Part shown: positions 46,536 to 59,601 of the stretch, one piece after another
How the letters are laid out: each line of letters opens with the position of its first letter
Numbering within the stretch: position 1 is the stretch's first letter
Origin: Moniliella sp. 'wahieum'
Lineage: Eukaryota
Assembly: GCA_003971905.1 (NCBI GenBank)
Contig: RSEE01000046.1
Location: 434,001 to 498,000, forward strand
Direction: 5' to 3'
DNA length: 64,000 nucleotides
Notes under the pieces: model-generated
Told to the model about the DNA's origin: nothing
What the model saw: the letters and a program-made list of their open reading frames with translations, nothing else
Databases searched by the model: none
Program-made: the position numbers and the translations under genes

Positions 46536-47463
46536 CTATACCTGGGGTACCAACCTCCGGGCTCGACGTCGTATCACTAAACAACCACTACTATATAGAA
46601 AACACACTGGGCCTTCGTGGCCCTCGCAAAAGTTCATTACTCGCGTTGTGCGGCCAATGTTGGCGAAAAGAGACCAAGTCTTGAATCTGGTGCCTTTAGC
46701 GTCAAAGTTTGCGGGCTCCAACCACTTCTCAAATGCCGCCTTGGCCACAGGCCATTCAATCAATCATCGCCAGCCACGCCGTGTCGCGGGAGCGTCCCTT
46801 GTAAATAACATGGTTGTAGAAAACACCCTCAAACGTCAGGCCAAATCGCTGTGCTGCTCGTTTCGACGGCTCATTAAAATTGTCCGCCTTCCATTCCACT
46901 CGGCGCACGTTGAGCTTCTCAAAGGAAAGGGAAAGAAGAAGGTAGACTGTCTCGGTGGAGGACCGAGTGCGTTGCAACAGGGGGCTGAACAGCACATGCC
47001 CCACCTCGTCGGTTCCGTTCGCATAATCGAAACGCATGAGCGCGATAATACCCACCACTTGTTGTTGGGTGTCCTTGCTGCCTGGCACACCACGCTGGAC
47101 GGGCGAAGCAAGAATGGCGTAGGTAAACATGGACGAGTCCTGCTCTCGTTCCTTGAGCCACGCGTTGAAAGCTTCCTCCGTTTCCGGATGGCAGTAGGGC
47201 ATGTAGTTCCAATGGCCTTCATCCGTCATTTTCCACAGCGTCTCGACCAAGTCGGGGCGGTGGGCTTCGTAGTTCAGAGGCACTAGGCTCACATATTTGC
47301 CCACCAATGGCTCCGTACGGGAGGGTGCCAAGGCACCCGTAAAGTCAACTGCCGGTCCGATGCGTTTGCCCTGTGTGCTGGTGCGCAGCGGCGCGGGCGC
47401 ACGGGCCGCGGGGACAGCAGGGGGAGAGTGACATGATGCGGACGATAATGGGACTGCTCGCAT
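46536..47463 (-). CDS. GNAT N-acetyltransferase, RimJ/RimL-like; ends approximate
   Basis: LVGKYVSLVPL, EVGHVLFSPLLQRT, RRVEWKADNFNEPSKRAAQRFGLTFEGVF, KGRSRDTAW, EWPVAKAAFEKWLEPANFD. Confidence 0.9.
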
Positions 47464-47774
47464 CGGAAGATCAGCAAAGAGAAAATGTGAATGGAGGGGG
47501 TAGATAAGGAGGGCCCACAACGCACCCAGAAAGAAGCGAGCAAAAGGTGTGCCAAAGGGTATTTGACGATGGGGATGCTGATATTACGAAGCGTACTGCC
47601 CAGGCCTTGTCTTTTATACGCTACCAGGGTTGGTCGTGATGATGGCGATGACGATGGTTAGAGCCTGACAGAGCATGGGATGAGAATTCTGCCAGAGGCC
47701 GCACGGTATAGGGCCGTGTCGACAGAGTCATCCACCAAATTCCGAAACTCGCCGTGCGGAGATAACCGATACTC

Positions 47775-49140
47775 CGTAACATGTCGCATGTCACACGTCA
47801 CATGTGTCACGTGTCATGCATCAGATCATGCATCATGCATCATGGAGCCACACACTAGCCAGCGGCCGTGATCTCAATGACCTGTATGATCGATCATCGA
47901 TCACATCACGCATATGTTTTGTGCATGTTACCGGGGTTACCAGCCGGCGGGGTTGTGTTACCTGTTAGCAACTATGCGAGAGGCGGCCGAACAAATTCGA
48001 GACAATTGTTCGGAGGTTCAAGCTTATTGCAGCTTGACTCGCGTCCCTCACCTTTCGACTTCCATTGCCCCACCCTTCTATATCCGCGGTCGTGCCCCCT
48101 TTCGACTCCCCGTCAAGTCGCTGTGCCTTCGGTTTTATTTCTTTCGCCTTATTAGCTCCCGGTACTTCTCAGCCACACAACCTGTAGTTTTTCGTTCCCA
48201 GTCTTCCGATTGCCCCTCCCGCCCTGTGGCTTGGCATCACATATAGTAGAGACGCCGTGTCATTCATGTCATCGTCGATTCCACGCAGGGGAGGCGTGGA
48301 CATGTTTGTTGAGCATCGGGTGTGGCTCGTGCTTTTTGGCCAATGTCCCTTCATCCTCATCAGGCCTGGGAGAGTTCCATTGTTTTCTCTCTCATGTTTT
48401 TCCTTGTTCCGCGCTTAGCCCCTATACTGGTGGCGACTCGCTGCTTGGTGTTCCTCTGGAGGCGTTGCCGGCTGCTTAGATCACCACCACCACCAGTGCG
48501 ATTGCATCACCTTTGAGGACCATCAGGACTCCAGGTCTCATCACATGCATTTGACTCGATCTTCTCGATTCTCAACTCACCGACTCATCCTCCATGCATC
48601 AGGCCCGCGCATTCAGTACTCCCCCCAGTCACACCTGCATTGCAGGAGCAGGCGGCTTTTGCCTCGCGTCAGCCCTCCTATGAAAGGGATATGTCGTCCT
48701 ATGTACTCCACTAAGTAAGCCTAGGCGGCTATAACCACATCAAGGGGGCGTTGTCCCTGAGTCATAGAAGGTCATAAAATGACCAAAATTTACCCCGCAC
48801 CGACATGCTCACGTAACCGCGCGCAGAAGTGACTAGTGACTAGTGACTAGTGAAGCTTGAAGCTTGAAGCTTGAAGGAGCAAGGCAGGGGAAGAAGTGAT
48901 GCAAACAGGGGAAAGCAGTCCACAGGCGCCACAGGCAGGGGGAACAGAGGCGGAACGGGGCCCCTTTGCACAGGATTGTTCAGTTGAACGTTGAGCGTTG
49001 AGCGCTGAGCAGCTTAGTACGTCCATGCAACGTTCAACGTTCAACTGAACGTTCAACGTTTAATCAATGGATCCGCGTTGCCCACCTGCCGTTGAGGTGC
49101 TGCGCCAGGGTTAAGACTTAGAACTTAGATCTTAACCCTG
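47775..49140. promoter_or_regulatory. Divergent GNAT/GPC1 intergenic region dense in TNA+palindrome arrays (regulatory role inferred only)
   Basis: (TGACTAG)3(TGAAGCT)3TGA at 48830-48874; TCATGCATCATGCATCATG; TGAACGTTGAGCGTTGAGCGCTGAG; CAACGTTCAACGTTCAAC; TTAGAACTTAGATCTTAA. Confidence 0.5.
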
Positions 49141-49278
49141 GACAGGTCGCCTCAGGGGCCCCAGAAGAGCCACAGACGCGCCAGGGTCCTTCAAGGCACA
49201 CACGTCCCTTCCCACGAGTCCCCACTGCATCCCATCCATCTGCCTCTTCCCCCCGCTTTGACACTCCCCACCACAACC

Positions 49279-50683
49279 ATGTCCGGTCAGACGTGGGGCA
49301 GCCTCGGGAGCATCGTGGACATCGACGCCAGCAGCGACTCGGACGCAGAAGAGGGCAGCTCGGGCCTACTGGACCTGTTCGAATACCTTCACCGCCGCGG
49401 CGCCCAACTCGATCGACACCACGCTTCACCTGCATCATCTAAGGCAGACCTGCCCTCACGCGCGAATGAGCTAAAGAATGCAGCACTGAGCCGGGTGCAG
49501 CATGCTGCCGAGCATGCCTCCCAATTGCACCACGAACAGAGCCAAAAGTTCCATGAAGACCTCCAGCGCTTCCGGGAGGATGTGGGGAAGCGGATCGACG
49601 TCCTGTCCGAGAGCTGGAACGATACGCGCAACGTGCGTTTCCGCGACAAGTGGTCGTTTGTTATGGGCGTCATGATCATCGTTGGGTTTTCCATGGCCAT
49701 CTTTGGTCGGCCTACATGGGTGCCGGTGATGTATACGGGGCTGGCAGCAGTGTATCTGCCATTGCGCTTTTACCAGTATGCGATCCAGCGTCCATGGGGG
49801 TACTTTTTACTAGACTATTGTTATGCGTCCAACCTGCTTGCCCTCACCTACCTCTGGATCGCCCCCGACTCCAAGTTCCTCTGGACCGTGTCGTACTGCC
49901 TCCGCCCACGGTCCCCTTGCCGTTTCGGTGGCCGCATGGCGCAACAGCCTCGTCCTGCACAACATTGACAAGATGACCAGCGTGTTTATCCACATGACCC
50001 CGCCCGTCGTCTTCCACACATCCACTTTTTGCTTTCTGACGAAGAACGGAGCCAAGCGTACCCGGCGGCCGCGCGGACCGCATCGCTGGACCTGGGCACC
50101 TCGATCGGATTTTGTTTTGTTGTCTATGCACTGTGGCAAGCTGGGTACTACTACTTTATCTCCTACCGTAAGCGGGAGAAGATCCGTTCGGGCAAGCGCA
50201 TCAACTCGTTTCGACTATGAGCTCTGGCAAGGGAGCGATTGGCCATCTCATCTCGTCGGTGCCAAACAAATGGCGCGAACCCTTTTTCATGTGTGCGTTG
50301 CTTGCTTCCGTTACTTCTTTTGCTCTTGTATAATATCATACTGACCCACCGTTCGCTGCCTGGTTCTAGTTATCCAATTTGTCTACACTTTCCTCTCGAT
50401 CCTCCCTGCCCCGCTCGTCTTTTATCGGCACCAACACATCGCCACAGGGTTTTTGGTGGTAATCTTTGTTGTTGCGACTTACAATGGCGGCAGTTTCTAC
50501 ATTGAAGTGTTTGGCCGCCAATTTGAAAAGCAACTGATCGCCCTCCAAAAGCAGGTCCAAGAAACGCGTGCTATGGAGCACAGTGCCCAGATTGCGGAGT
50601 CGACAGAGGCGGAACTGAGTGCTCCTGCGAAAGCCACCACGGCTCTAGCCTCCGACCACAGCGGTGAGCTGCGCCAGCGCTAG
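49279..50683 (+). CDS. GPC1: Glycerophosphocholine acyltransferase (Gpc1/DUF2838 family)
   Basis: RDKWSFVMGV, LPLRFYQY...WGYFLLDYCY, AWRNSLVLHNIDKMTSVFIH, WQAGYYYFI, YNGGSFYIEVFGRQFEKQL. Multi-TM; intron at ~50292-50369. Confidence 0.88.
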
Positions 50684-51469
50684 GGGTCCCGAAGAGTGCT
50701 GCCCAAACGCCTCTTGCCCGTGCCACCCCTTTCTCCCTCTCATTCCCTCTCCCCTTTTCATCCTCCTCTCTCTCGTTTGTTCGAATTGATGCTTATTGTC
50801 AATCAGTACTCATCGTTTCTCCGTGATTTGTCACAACATTCCTGTCCATTTTGTGTCGCTCCACAACCCATATTCGAGCAATTCGCGGGCTACATGATGA
50901 TAATGCAGTTCAGAGACGATACCGACCCACTGTGTGCCCCCGTTCCATTCTCAACCAATCATGAAGCATCAGCTGTGGTGTCGATGAATATTTTCTCACG
51001 AAAAGAACAAGGTGCCCCTGTTCGTCCCCAGCAAAAGCATGTTTGATACTGACAAGGTTCGCTCTTTGTGATGGTCTGGGGATGGCGAGGACGGTCGGAG
51101 ATACACAAGGGGAGAGACCCACTAAACTTCTAACGAAAACGGATGTGGTTGATCATGATGGAGATGCAATTATGTAACAAACCGCGTACATAGTACGAAA
51201 GAACGGCAAAAGGGATAATGAATACAAAAAATAAGTGAGCCGAGCAACTGCGCATGCGAGAGGGAAAAAGCGGACTGACGAAGTCCGCCGTATCGACAAA
51301 AATGGAACCGTCGAGGGCGGTACAGAAGAACATCGGAAACGATGGAGAAAGGAAAGAGTTCGGAGAAGTAGGGAAGGTCCTGGGAATGATCGGAAGAAGA
51401 GAAGAGTCGAGAAAAGGTGAATGGGCACAGTGTTGCCTGTGTAATTATTCAACAGTCGAAAGTCCCTCG

Positions 51470-52339
51470 CTAGGCTGCACCTTCACTGGCCAAACTGGTG
51501 TGAACGGATGGGTGGGAGGGAACGGAGGTGCTGGGGGCTGGTACTGATGGCTGGGCTGATGAACCTGCGCGCCGGAGGCTGGTTTCACATCGGGAGGAAG
51601 AAGAAGCGCAAGATGCTTTCGCTTTACATGGGTCACGAGGCGAGGGCGCTGCGGTATTGCACCTGACATCCACCCCATTGACACTCAAAGAGCTTGGTCT
51701 GCGAGTCCAACTCCCGCTTGGGCCCAAGACGAGACCTGTTTGCTTTGGCCCCGTTGCCCGTCGAGGCAGTGCTACCGGCGGCCGTGGGAACAGGATTGCG
51801 GTTGGACCCCCAACTGTGATGTTGATCATTGCGGGGGTTTCTTCGTTCTTAGTAGGAGTACATCCCGTAAACGAGTCTTGCCAGCCGGATCGGAGGAGCG
51901 TCAGATGCTCCTGTTGGGATGCGGAGAGGGACCCAGACATCCACAGCTGTTCGGGTTGGATGGGGTCACGAGCAACCGTTGGATCGGCACCTTTGGGAGG
52001 TAACCCTTCCAACACCGTTTCTGCCCCGCAAGGCAGGCCGACGGGAAGGAGGGGGGCATAGCATGATAGGCTGTTACTGGCCACACATTCCGACGTAGGT
52101 GGTGCCCACTGGTGGGACATTTCCTCGGTCAACATGATTGGCGAGGGGAGTTCGGGTCCGAAGAGAGGGAGACACGGGACAAAAAGAGAATCCGTGACCT
52201 TAGTACAATGTGTAGCCTCTTCCATTGTGACGAGGGATTGAGTTTGATGCAGCCCTTGCCAATGGGGGAAGGCCAACATCTCGGCCTCTTCTAATGCCTT
52301 GCTGCTGGGCCATCCCCAACCCTGGTTGACGGTCTTCAT
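51470..52339 (-). CDS. Possible hypothetical protein
   Basis: 289-codon Pro/Ser-rich ORF with no recognised motif. Confidence 0.3.
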   Translation of the reverse strand: MKTVNQGWGWPSSKALEEAEMLAFPHWQGLHQTQSLVTMEEATHCTKVTDSLFVPCLPLFGPELPSPIMLTEEMSHQWAPPTSECVASNSLSCYAPLLPVGLPCGAETVLEGLPPKGADPTVARDPIQPEQLWMSGSLSASQQEHLTLLRSGWQDSFTGCTPTKNEETPAMINITVGGPTAILFPRPPVALPRRATGPKQTGLVLGPSGSWTRRPSSLSVNGVDVRCNTAAPSPRDPCKAKASCASSSSRCETSLRRAGSSAQPSVPAPSTSVPSHPSVHTSLASEGAA

Positions 52340-53487
52340 GGGAGCAGTGCGGGTGGGGGGGAAGAGGGCCCTTCATGCCCGTGATGAACAGGAAAGACGA
52401 GGGAGACGAATTCCTCACGACGGCTTCGTGTCGTGCCGGGCATATATACAACTCGGCTCTCCCATATAGCTACCCCCCCCCTATAAGGGGCAGATGCTTT
52501 AGCATGGTACCTCACTGGCACGTTATACGTGCTGTTAAACGTGTGGTGAGTGGTTTTGTTGGGCCGCCCCCATTACGAAACTGCCACATGGCGCATTGGG
52601 GCCTATAGGGGAGGGAAATCAGATACAGCGCCCAGCGCACGACGATTTGGTGCCTGTTTCGAGAGATACTGAGTAATGGTACGTCTCTGTCGGCGACAGC
52701 CGGTCACCGGTGATAATGCCCGGCCCGCGAGGAACTGAACGTCACCCGTGCTGTGGTCAATAGCAAAGCTAAACAGAGTTTCTGTTGTCTGAGAGGCAAG
52801 GGGGTTGTAGCGGCCACTTAGTAGTACTTATATCTTTGAGAGAGGGCATGTGGTAGAGGGGTCGTGCGGCAGAGTGCAAACAGACGGCGTCATGGATGCT
52901 CTCACACACAGTGACACGTGACATCTGCTGGCGAGGGCCACACCGAGGTTAAATTGGGAAGATATACAACGGAATTTTTTTCACGCCTGCACCTTTTTGC
53001 CGCGAGTTGTTTTGAGGTCTAAGGGTAGAAAAACTCACTTCGCCGATCCTACGCCCCCCCTTCCACCCCCCTTCGGCCTTCAACTTGGTCTCCGATTGGA
53101 GGGTTGCCGGTGGCTTTTGTGCAAGCGTACACGACAATATGCTGGCTTCGGTGGTCGTCCGTTTGATGTCGAAGCAAAAGCAGGCCGGCTGGCTAATGGG
53201 GATGAGTCAATGAGAGATGCCACCAGGACGACATTTCGATGCCACCAACACAGAAAGAAGAAAAGTTCGCGTCACAACATATACATAGTCTTCAAACAAG
53301 ACAAAACTTACAAGTCAATTCACAACTCATCTTGAGTTATTCTCTTGCAGCCGGGTGGGCAGGTTAAGCATTACGAGCGCAGCGGTGGCAGCGACAAAAC
53401 GACTTTTTCACCATCATAGGCGTTATATGAGGTGGGTCTCCAGTCGGAGATTGGGCACGATCTAATCCCACCAGAGGGTGTCATGCA

Positions 53488-53600
53488 CAAAAGCCACAGC
53501 CCAACATGGAAGGACGACGGTTCATCACAAAAGCCGCAGGCCCAACATGCAAAGACGACGATTGATAAAAGCCGCAGGCCCAACATGAAAGCGACGGCTC
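53488..53600 (+). repeat. Degenerate ~40-bp tandem repeat x3 (AAAAGCCGCAGGCCCAACATG core)
   Basis: Read directly from the sequence. Confidence 0.8.
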
Positions 53601-55153
53601 ACACATGGCGTGGCGCTTGTACTATAAACCCCCGTATTTTCGTTATACGGGTATTTTGCCACGGGGCGACAGCGAGCGGATGAGCCATGAGCTTTGCGCA
53701 GGGGCTGAGTGCTGATCCCGGCTGTGCTCATCCACGTTCCTCTTGTCTCCCTTGCCTGGGTTGTGTCTACGTCAAGACTGTCCTGTGGTTATCCGAGTCA
53801 CACACAGTGTAACATGACCATCTGTGGTCTAAATTACCTCTCATCACCGAGGTCTCCCTATAGGTCTACCAAGGTCTTCCCCCACCCCCTTAGGATCCTC
53901 ACAGGCCTCACGCCTCACGTCCAGTCATGTCTCGTTGGTGGAGCATGTCATCTTTTCTTCCTGTAGTTAATGTACATCTCCTACATAAGGCTGACAAGGA
54001 TAGCTTCTATGCATCACATTTCTCTTATTCCCTACAGACCAAAACATCCCTCAGTACCTCCAACCTCTCCCCGTCGGTTGATCTACTTCAATCTACAGAC
54101 GCGCACACTCTCCTCTCCAACCCCCAGTATACTTTTTGCCAATAACAGGAGACAAAACGTGGTTGTATTATGATTGAAGTTTGTTAAAGGATGGAGTGAG
54201 CGGATAACACACATGCCATTGACTTTACAGCCAAACCACAGGTATGCGCAAAAGTCTTTGCATTTTGTTCCAGACATCCCATGCGCGTAGGGCTGGTTAT
54301 CCCGGTTATCGATTATTCCTGATGCACCTGATGCCAGCCTCCTTCCCTTCCGCTTCCGCGGCCTCTCGAGGAGAGGCAGGGTCGATCTACCCGACCCCAG
54401 TGTTGTGTGAGAGGGTCAGGGAATATCGATCTCTCGATGGCCGACTCGAAGGGGCTTTTCTTCGCCAGTTGGCTCGTGTGTCATCCGGTTTATTAGCTTG
54501 TGGCATAGTTAGAGAGAAGTCGTCAAGTATAGATCCCTTGATGGAGGACTTGCTGTTGTTGTTGTCCACAGCTAGTGTTTGATCATGCCCACTATATTAT
54601 CTCTTCGCCAGGCACGAGACCGCCCTGTGATGGTTCATGATGGCCTTGACGTGCGCCCTAACTGGAGTTTTTTGATCCACCTGCACACGCACATTGAGTG
54701 ATGACATGGGAGTTATTCAGAAGGCGTACCGTCAACTAGACATTCTACTCAACGGATGGAGTATTGCACCCGACCACCACCACCCCAAACCTGCTATTAG
54801 CGGGATGTTGGCTTCGGTTCGGCGGATGACCGCTTCTCCAGCTTCATCTTTTCTTTCACGGCCACGTCACGTGCCGGCTGGCTGAGCCCTGGTGCGTTGT
54901 CACGTGGTCAAGGCACGGCGGCTGTGTTCACCGAGGCCCCCAGCTGGGCTGCAAGAGACTTGTCTGCTGCTTTCTTTTGCGCGCGCCGAACGCAAAGAAT
55001 TGTCAGCCAGAGCGGCGGCTGATACTAGCTGGCAATCACTGAGCCGACTAGGAGCGGAGACAGCACCTGGACACTGGGCAAGTAGCTCCAGCTTCCACGC
55101 CAAACAGCGCCGCCTCACCACCACCACAGCCAGGCCCCACCACTCTTCTCATC

Positions 55154-55766
55154 ATGGCTGCTCGTACCGTCTTTGCCCGCGCTGCTCTCGGGGCCCGTCT
55201 TGCTCCGACTCTTGCCGCCGCCGCGCGCCCCTCAGCCCTGCGCGCTGCCCTGCCTCGCCGCGTCGCCGTGTCTGCCTTGTCCGCCCGGGCCCTCCACACC
55301 TCGCCCCGGGCTTTGGAGATCGTCACGCGCTACACCAAGGAGCACGAATGGATCGCTTACGACACCGAACTGAACATTGGCACGATTGGTATTACGGATC
55401 ATGCCCAGAACACGCTGGGCGACACCACCTTCATTGACCTCCCTGGCCTGGGCGCCGAGTTTGAGGCCGGTGGTACGTATGGTCATATTACGTGTGATCC
55501 GCCTGCCGCTCATACTAACTCATCCGTATGGACAGACTCGATTGGAGGTGTCGAGTCCGTCAAGGCCGCCTCCGACATTTATGCGCCCGTGTCGGGCATT
55601 GTGGAGGCGGTGAACGAGGCGCTGCAGGACAACCCCGGTTTGATCAACAAGTCCCCGAGGACAAGGGGTGGCTACTCAAGGTCCGCCTGGCCAACCCGGC
55701 CGAGGTGGAAACGCTGCTCAAAAGGACACTTACGACACGCTTGTCGAGGAGGAGTCCGACGCCTAA
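55154..55766 (+). CDS. GCV3: Glycine cleavage system H protein, mitochondrial
   Basis: Presequence, [24 protein letters not shown], intron 55473-55534, [16 protein letters not shown] (lipoyl Lys), [12 protein letters not shown]. Confidence 0.96.
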
Positions 55767-56294
55767 GCCTCATCACGCGTGCAAGTGTCCTTTCGTCCCT
55801 TGCTTCCTCCCTCTACCACATCCGGCCAGGTTTGGTCTGTTTTGCATGCTGCTCATCAGACCCCTCCATTGAACCAGACTGTATACCGTTCCACCGGTCT
55901 CTTGGCGCTCAGCTCCAGTCTGAGCCGGGCTCGATTGCCCCCCGTGGCGCTTCCCCGCGCTGGCTCTGCTTGCTCCAATGCACATTTCGACGATAATAAT
56001 AGCTCGGGCCTTAGCTTAGGCCGTATAGGCCAAGGCTAGTGGGCGAAGCATTGGCGAGAGCGCGATCTTGGTGGGCAAGGAGGGGGTGCTTCAACACCTT
56101 CACTGCCACGTTCAAGAGAGATGCACCGCCGAACCGCATTGTTATTGGTCCTATTGATGGGGCAGTGCGCAGCCCTATTGCGTCCGAATCGAAGATCTAA
56201 CCCGACCCCGCCGGGTTCTCCGCAGTCTAGATGGTTTTCTCAGTGGTTCCTAGGGGTTCCCGATGGCTGCCGAAGCAATTCACAAGGCAGAAGA

Positions 56295-56365
56295 GGGTTA
56301 AACGTTAAACGTTAAACGTTAAACCGAACAGCGATCGATGATCGATGATCGATGATCGAGGTGAT
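56295..56365. repeat. (TAAACGT)3 followed by (TGATCGA)3-4 micro-arrays
   Basis: GGTTAAACGTTAAACGTTAAACGTTAAAC and GATCGATGATCGATGATCGATGATCGA, upstream of NMNAT. Confidence 0.9.
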
Positions 56366-56560
56366 TCGGGGCTATGAATATAACCGCTGCTAGGGTTGAC
56401 CGTACTAACGCACTGTTGCGATTGGGGCGCACCAGCCCCGTTCATCGTCATCAATCACCGATCATCTCAGTCATCCTGGTCGACGACTGCCGCCCGCTCC
56501 TCCCACCAGCATCGCCGCCGCTTGCCCGTCCTTATCCCCGTCCCTCCTGTCCTCATCTCC

Positions 56561-57986
56561 ATGCCGGCCGTCGCAAGCCCTGAGAGCCCGAGAGAGGCCG
56601 ACCACAGACGACTGGGCCCGCCAGCCGCGCGTCGTCGCACGCCTCGCCCTCGCCCTCGGTGGCGCAGATGCAACGCGCCATGCCCCGCATGACCGACAGC
56701 ACCACTGGTCCCGGCGGGCCGTCGTCACTCAAGTTTGCCGCTCTGAGCGTCAACTCGTTCCAGCTCGACAGCCCTCCGTTTATTGGCACCCCGTTGGCTC
56801 CGACGGAGTCGTGCCCGACCAGCCGCTCCCCGACGCCCCCGCCCCGAGGCCGGAGCCCACTCCCCAGGCACGACGCCGTATGCCCAGCCACACCCTCACC
56901 CTCCCGCTCCGCTTGGCTCTGCTGCTGCGACGCCTCTCTCGCCCCACCTGCATCGGAATGCCGACGTGAGTGCCTTTATAACTCGACGGGCTACATCGCG
57001 CCGATCCCGAGCGCCCGTTGTACTCCAGCTTCCACAACGATATTGATGGCATTGAGGACTCCACCTCGGTCCTGACCGGCGAAGACGAGGTGGATGCCGA
57101 CGCAGATCTCTCCCAGATTCGAGTGCCGGTACAGGCGCAGACCAAGCAGAGTACTCTTTTCCCAAACATCGCCTGCCTCAACGCATGCACGATGAATCCA
57201 AGACCCCCCTCGTCATTGTGGCCTGTGGTTCCTTTTCTCCCCCCACCTATCTCCACTTGCGTATCTTTGAGATGGCCAAGGATGCCATCTTGGAGTCGGG
57301 GAAATACGAACTGTTGGCCGGGTATTACTCGCCCGTTTCGGACCATTACAAAAAGGCCGGCTTGGCACCCTCTACGCACCGAGTGCGCATGTGTGAGCTA
57401 GCAGTGGAGAAGACGTCCACCTGGCTCATGGTGGACGCATGGGAATCGCTTCAAGACGAGTACCAGCGCACGGCTGTCGTCCTGGACCATTTCGATGAAT
57501 GCCTCAACAAATGTACGAGGGTGGAATCTTACTCAATGATGGCACTCGTAAGCCCGTGCGGATCATGCTCTTGGCCGGCGGCGACTTGATCCAGAGCATG
57601 GGCGAGCCCGGGGTCTGGGCTGAGGCCGATTTGCGACACATTCTGGGTCAGTTTGGATGCCTGATCGTTGAACGGACGGGGGCCGACGTTTGGTCCTTCC
57701 TCTTGTCCATGACCTGCTCTGGGCTGAGCGCAAACACCTGCTTGTTATTAAACAGACGATCGTACGTATTACCTTTCCCCCGTTTCCCCCGTCGTTGCAA
57801 CTGCGGTAATTTGTGGCACTGACGTGGGCTTCCGTGTTAGTACAACGACATTTCCTCCAGCAAGGTACGCCTCTTTATCAAGAGGGCATGAGCGTCAAGT
57901 ACCTCTTGCCCAACTCTGTGATTAACTACATTAATCAACACCGACTGTACCGCCTCCCCGAGCCAATCGCAGAGCCTGCGCCCTAA
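56561..57986 (+). CDS. NMA1: Nicotinamide/nicotinate mononucleotide adenylyltransferase; start uncertain
   Basis: PLVIVACGSFSPPTYLHLRIFEMAKD, YSPVSDHYKKAGLAP..HRVRMCELAV, WLMVDAWESLQ..YQRTAVVLDHF, IMLLAGGDLIQSMGEPGVW, YNDISSSKVRLF, SVKYLLPNSVINYI. Confidence 0.95.
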
Positions 57987-58446
57987 TGTGGGAGGTGATC
58001 ATCCTGCGGCCTCTCTTTGCTTCTGGATAGGTTTCCGCGTCTGGCTCATCAGGCTTGCGGCCTGTGGGCTCTCGTTGTCTCAACGAGCATAGTGTTCCCT
58101 ACCTCAGGAAACTGTAATTTTTATCATCCCGTGCCAACACACTCTGCGTTTTTCGTCCGCTTTCCTACGATAGACCTGTTGAGCATTGAGCACTCATGAC
58201 CATTCTATTGTCAGGAAGCCGTTTGCTGGGGGCTTCTGCTACCTCGCACCATCCCCCCCCCCGTGCACCATGTATAGAATCATCGTGCACGTCCTCGTAC
58301 TCTCTGCGCGCCACCTTTATGATGGGATGCACCTACTCTACCTCGCCCCTCAGTCTGATTTCACGTCCTTCTAAAGTTAGACCGCGGCTTTAGTAGCTCA
58401 GCGCCCATTATCATGAATTCATAGTTCTTGATGGGTCGGCAGACGC

Positions 58447-59601
58447 TTAGTTGAGTGCGAGAACCTCGGCGCTCGGCACGCCTGTCCAGCCACGCTTGAC
58501 ATAGTCGTTGAACGCAATAATCTCCCCATCCACAATCTTTTGAACATCTTGTAGAACACACCGAGCACGCTCTCCGCCTTGCTACCATCCACACGAGTCT
58601 GAATCACGCCCACACCGCTGCCCGGACGACCCTCGTGAACGCGCTGCTTCAACTCGGGCGTAGCCACCTCGACGTGCACCGCATCGCTAAACTCTTGCCA
58701 CGTGTAGGTGTTGGCATATGCGGGGATGCTGTCCGAAAAGACAAGATGGGTTAGATACGAAGCCAAACACAGGTTCACCACATGATTCAAAAAGGAGGAG
58801 GACGTACCGTTGCCGCCTGCTGCAGGCACGGAAAGGGACTTGACGTGCATCTCCGCCACGTCACGCACATCCACATACCCTCCCATGGGCTCTTGGTACT
58901 TGTCCAACGGGACCTTACCCGCAAACAGCTCCCACTGGATCCGGAGGGAAAAGTTGAGCTTCTCGGCGCTGCAACGGCTTGATGGGCGGGCCAAAGATGA
59001 CGGTGGGACATATGGTGGTCAAGTCAACGCGGATTGGTGGGTTTCAATAAAGTCCCACGCAGCTCGCTCAGCAAGGACCTTGGAAGCTTCGTAGCCGTGC
59101 TTCTTGCCTTCCCCGGTCGGGTCGGCGCGGTAGAGCTGAAGCGCCGCCGTGTTCCAGTCGTCGGCAGTGAAGACGGCGTTGGCGGCAGCGTCGGGCGCAA
59201 TGATGGCCGAGGTGGAGGAGGTGAGGACGATACGGGAGACAGAACCCTGGGCTTGCACCTTCCAACACGTTCGTCGTCCCTTGCACTGCGGGGGCAATCA
59301 AGCTATCGTCTGGGTGGAGGGTGGGGTCGCTGTCGACGGGCGAGCCGGTATGGATCACACCCTTCACACCTTGAACGGCGGCATCAAAGCCACCCTTGGT
59401 ACGCAGGTCCTCCACAATCACATATTCAAACTTGTCTCCGTACTTGGCATAGATCTGCTGCAGGTATTGTCCCTTGGCGGCGGAGCGGACGGTGGTGCGG
59501 ACACGGTAGCCAGCACGCAGCGCGTACTCGCACACCCACGCACCGACAAAGCCGCTGCCGGAGGTGACGAGGATCAGGGAGTTGGGAGGGACGGGGGCCA
59601 T
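58447..59601 (-). CDS. Extended SDR, NADPH-dependent aldehyde/methylglyoxal reductase (GRE2/ARII-like)
   Basis: ILVTSGSGFVG, GYRVRTTVRS..KG, VIHTGSPV, IAPAVQGTTNVL, IVLTSS, YEASKVLAERAAWDF, YVDVRDVAEMHV. Confidence 0.92.

Noticed and set aside
53488..53600. CRISPR-like 21-bp repeats with gaps
   Set aside because: The gaps resemble each other (GACGACG), there are only three units, no cas genes are present and the context is eukaryotic. It is a degenerate tandem repeat.
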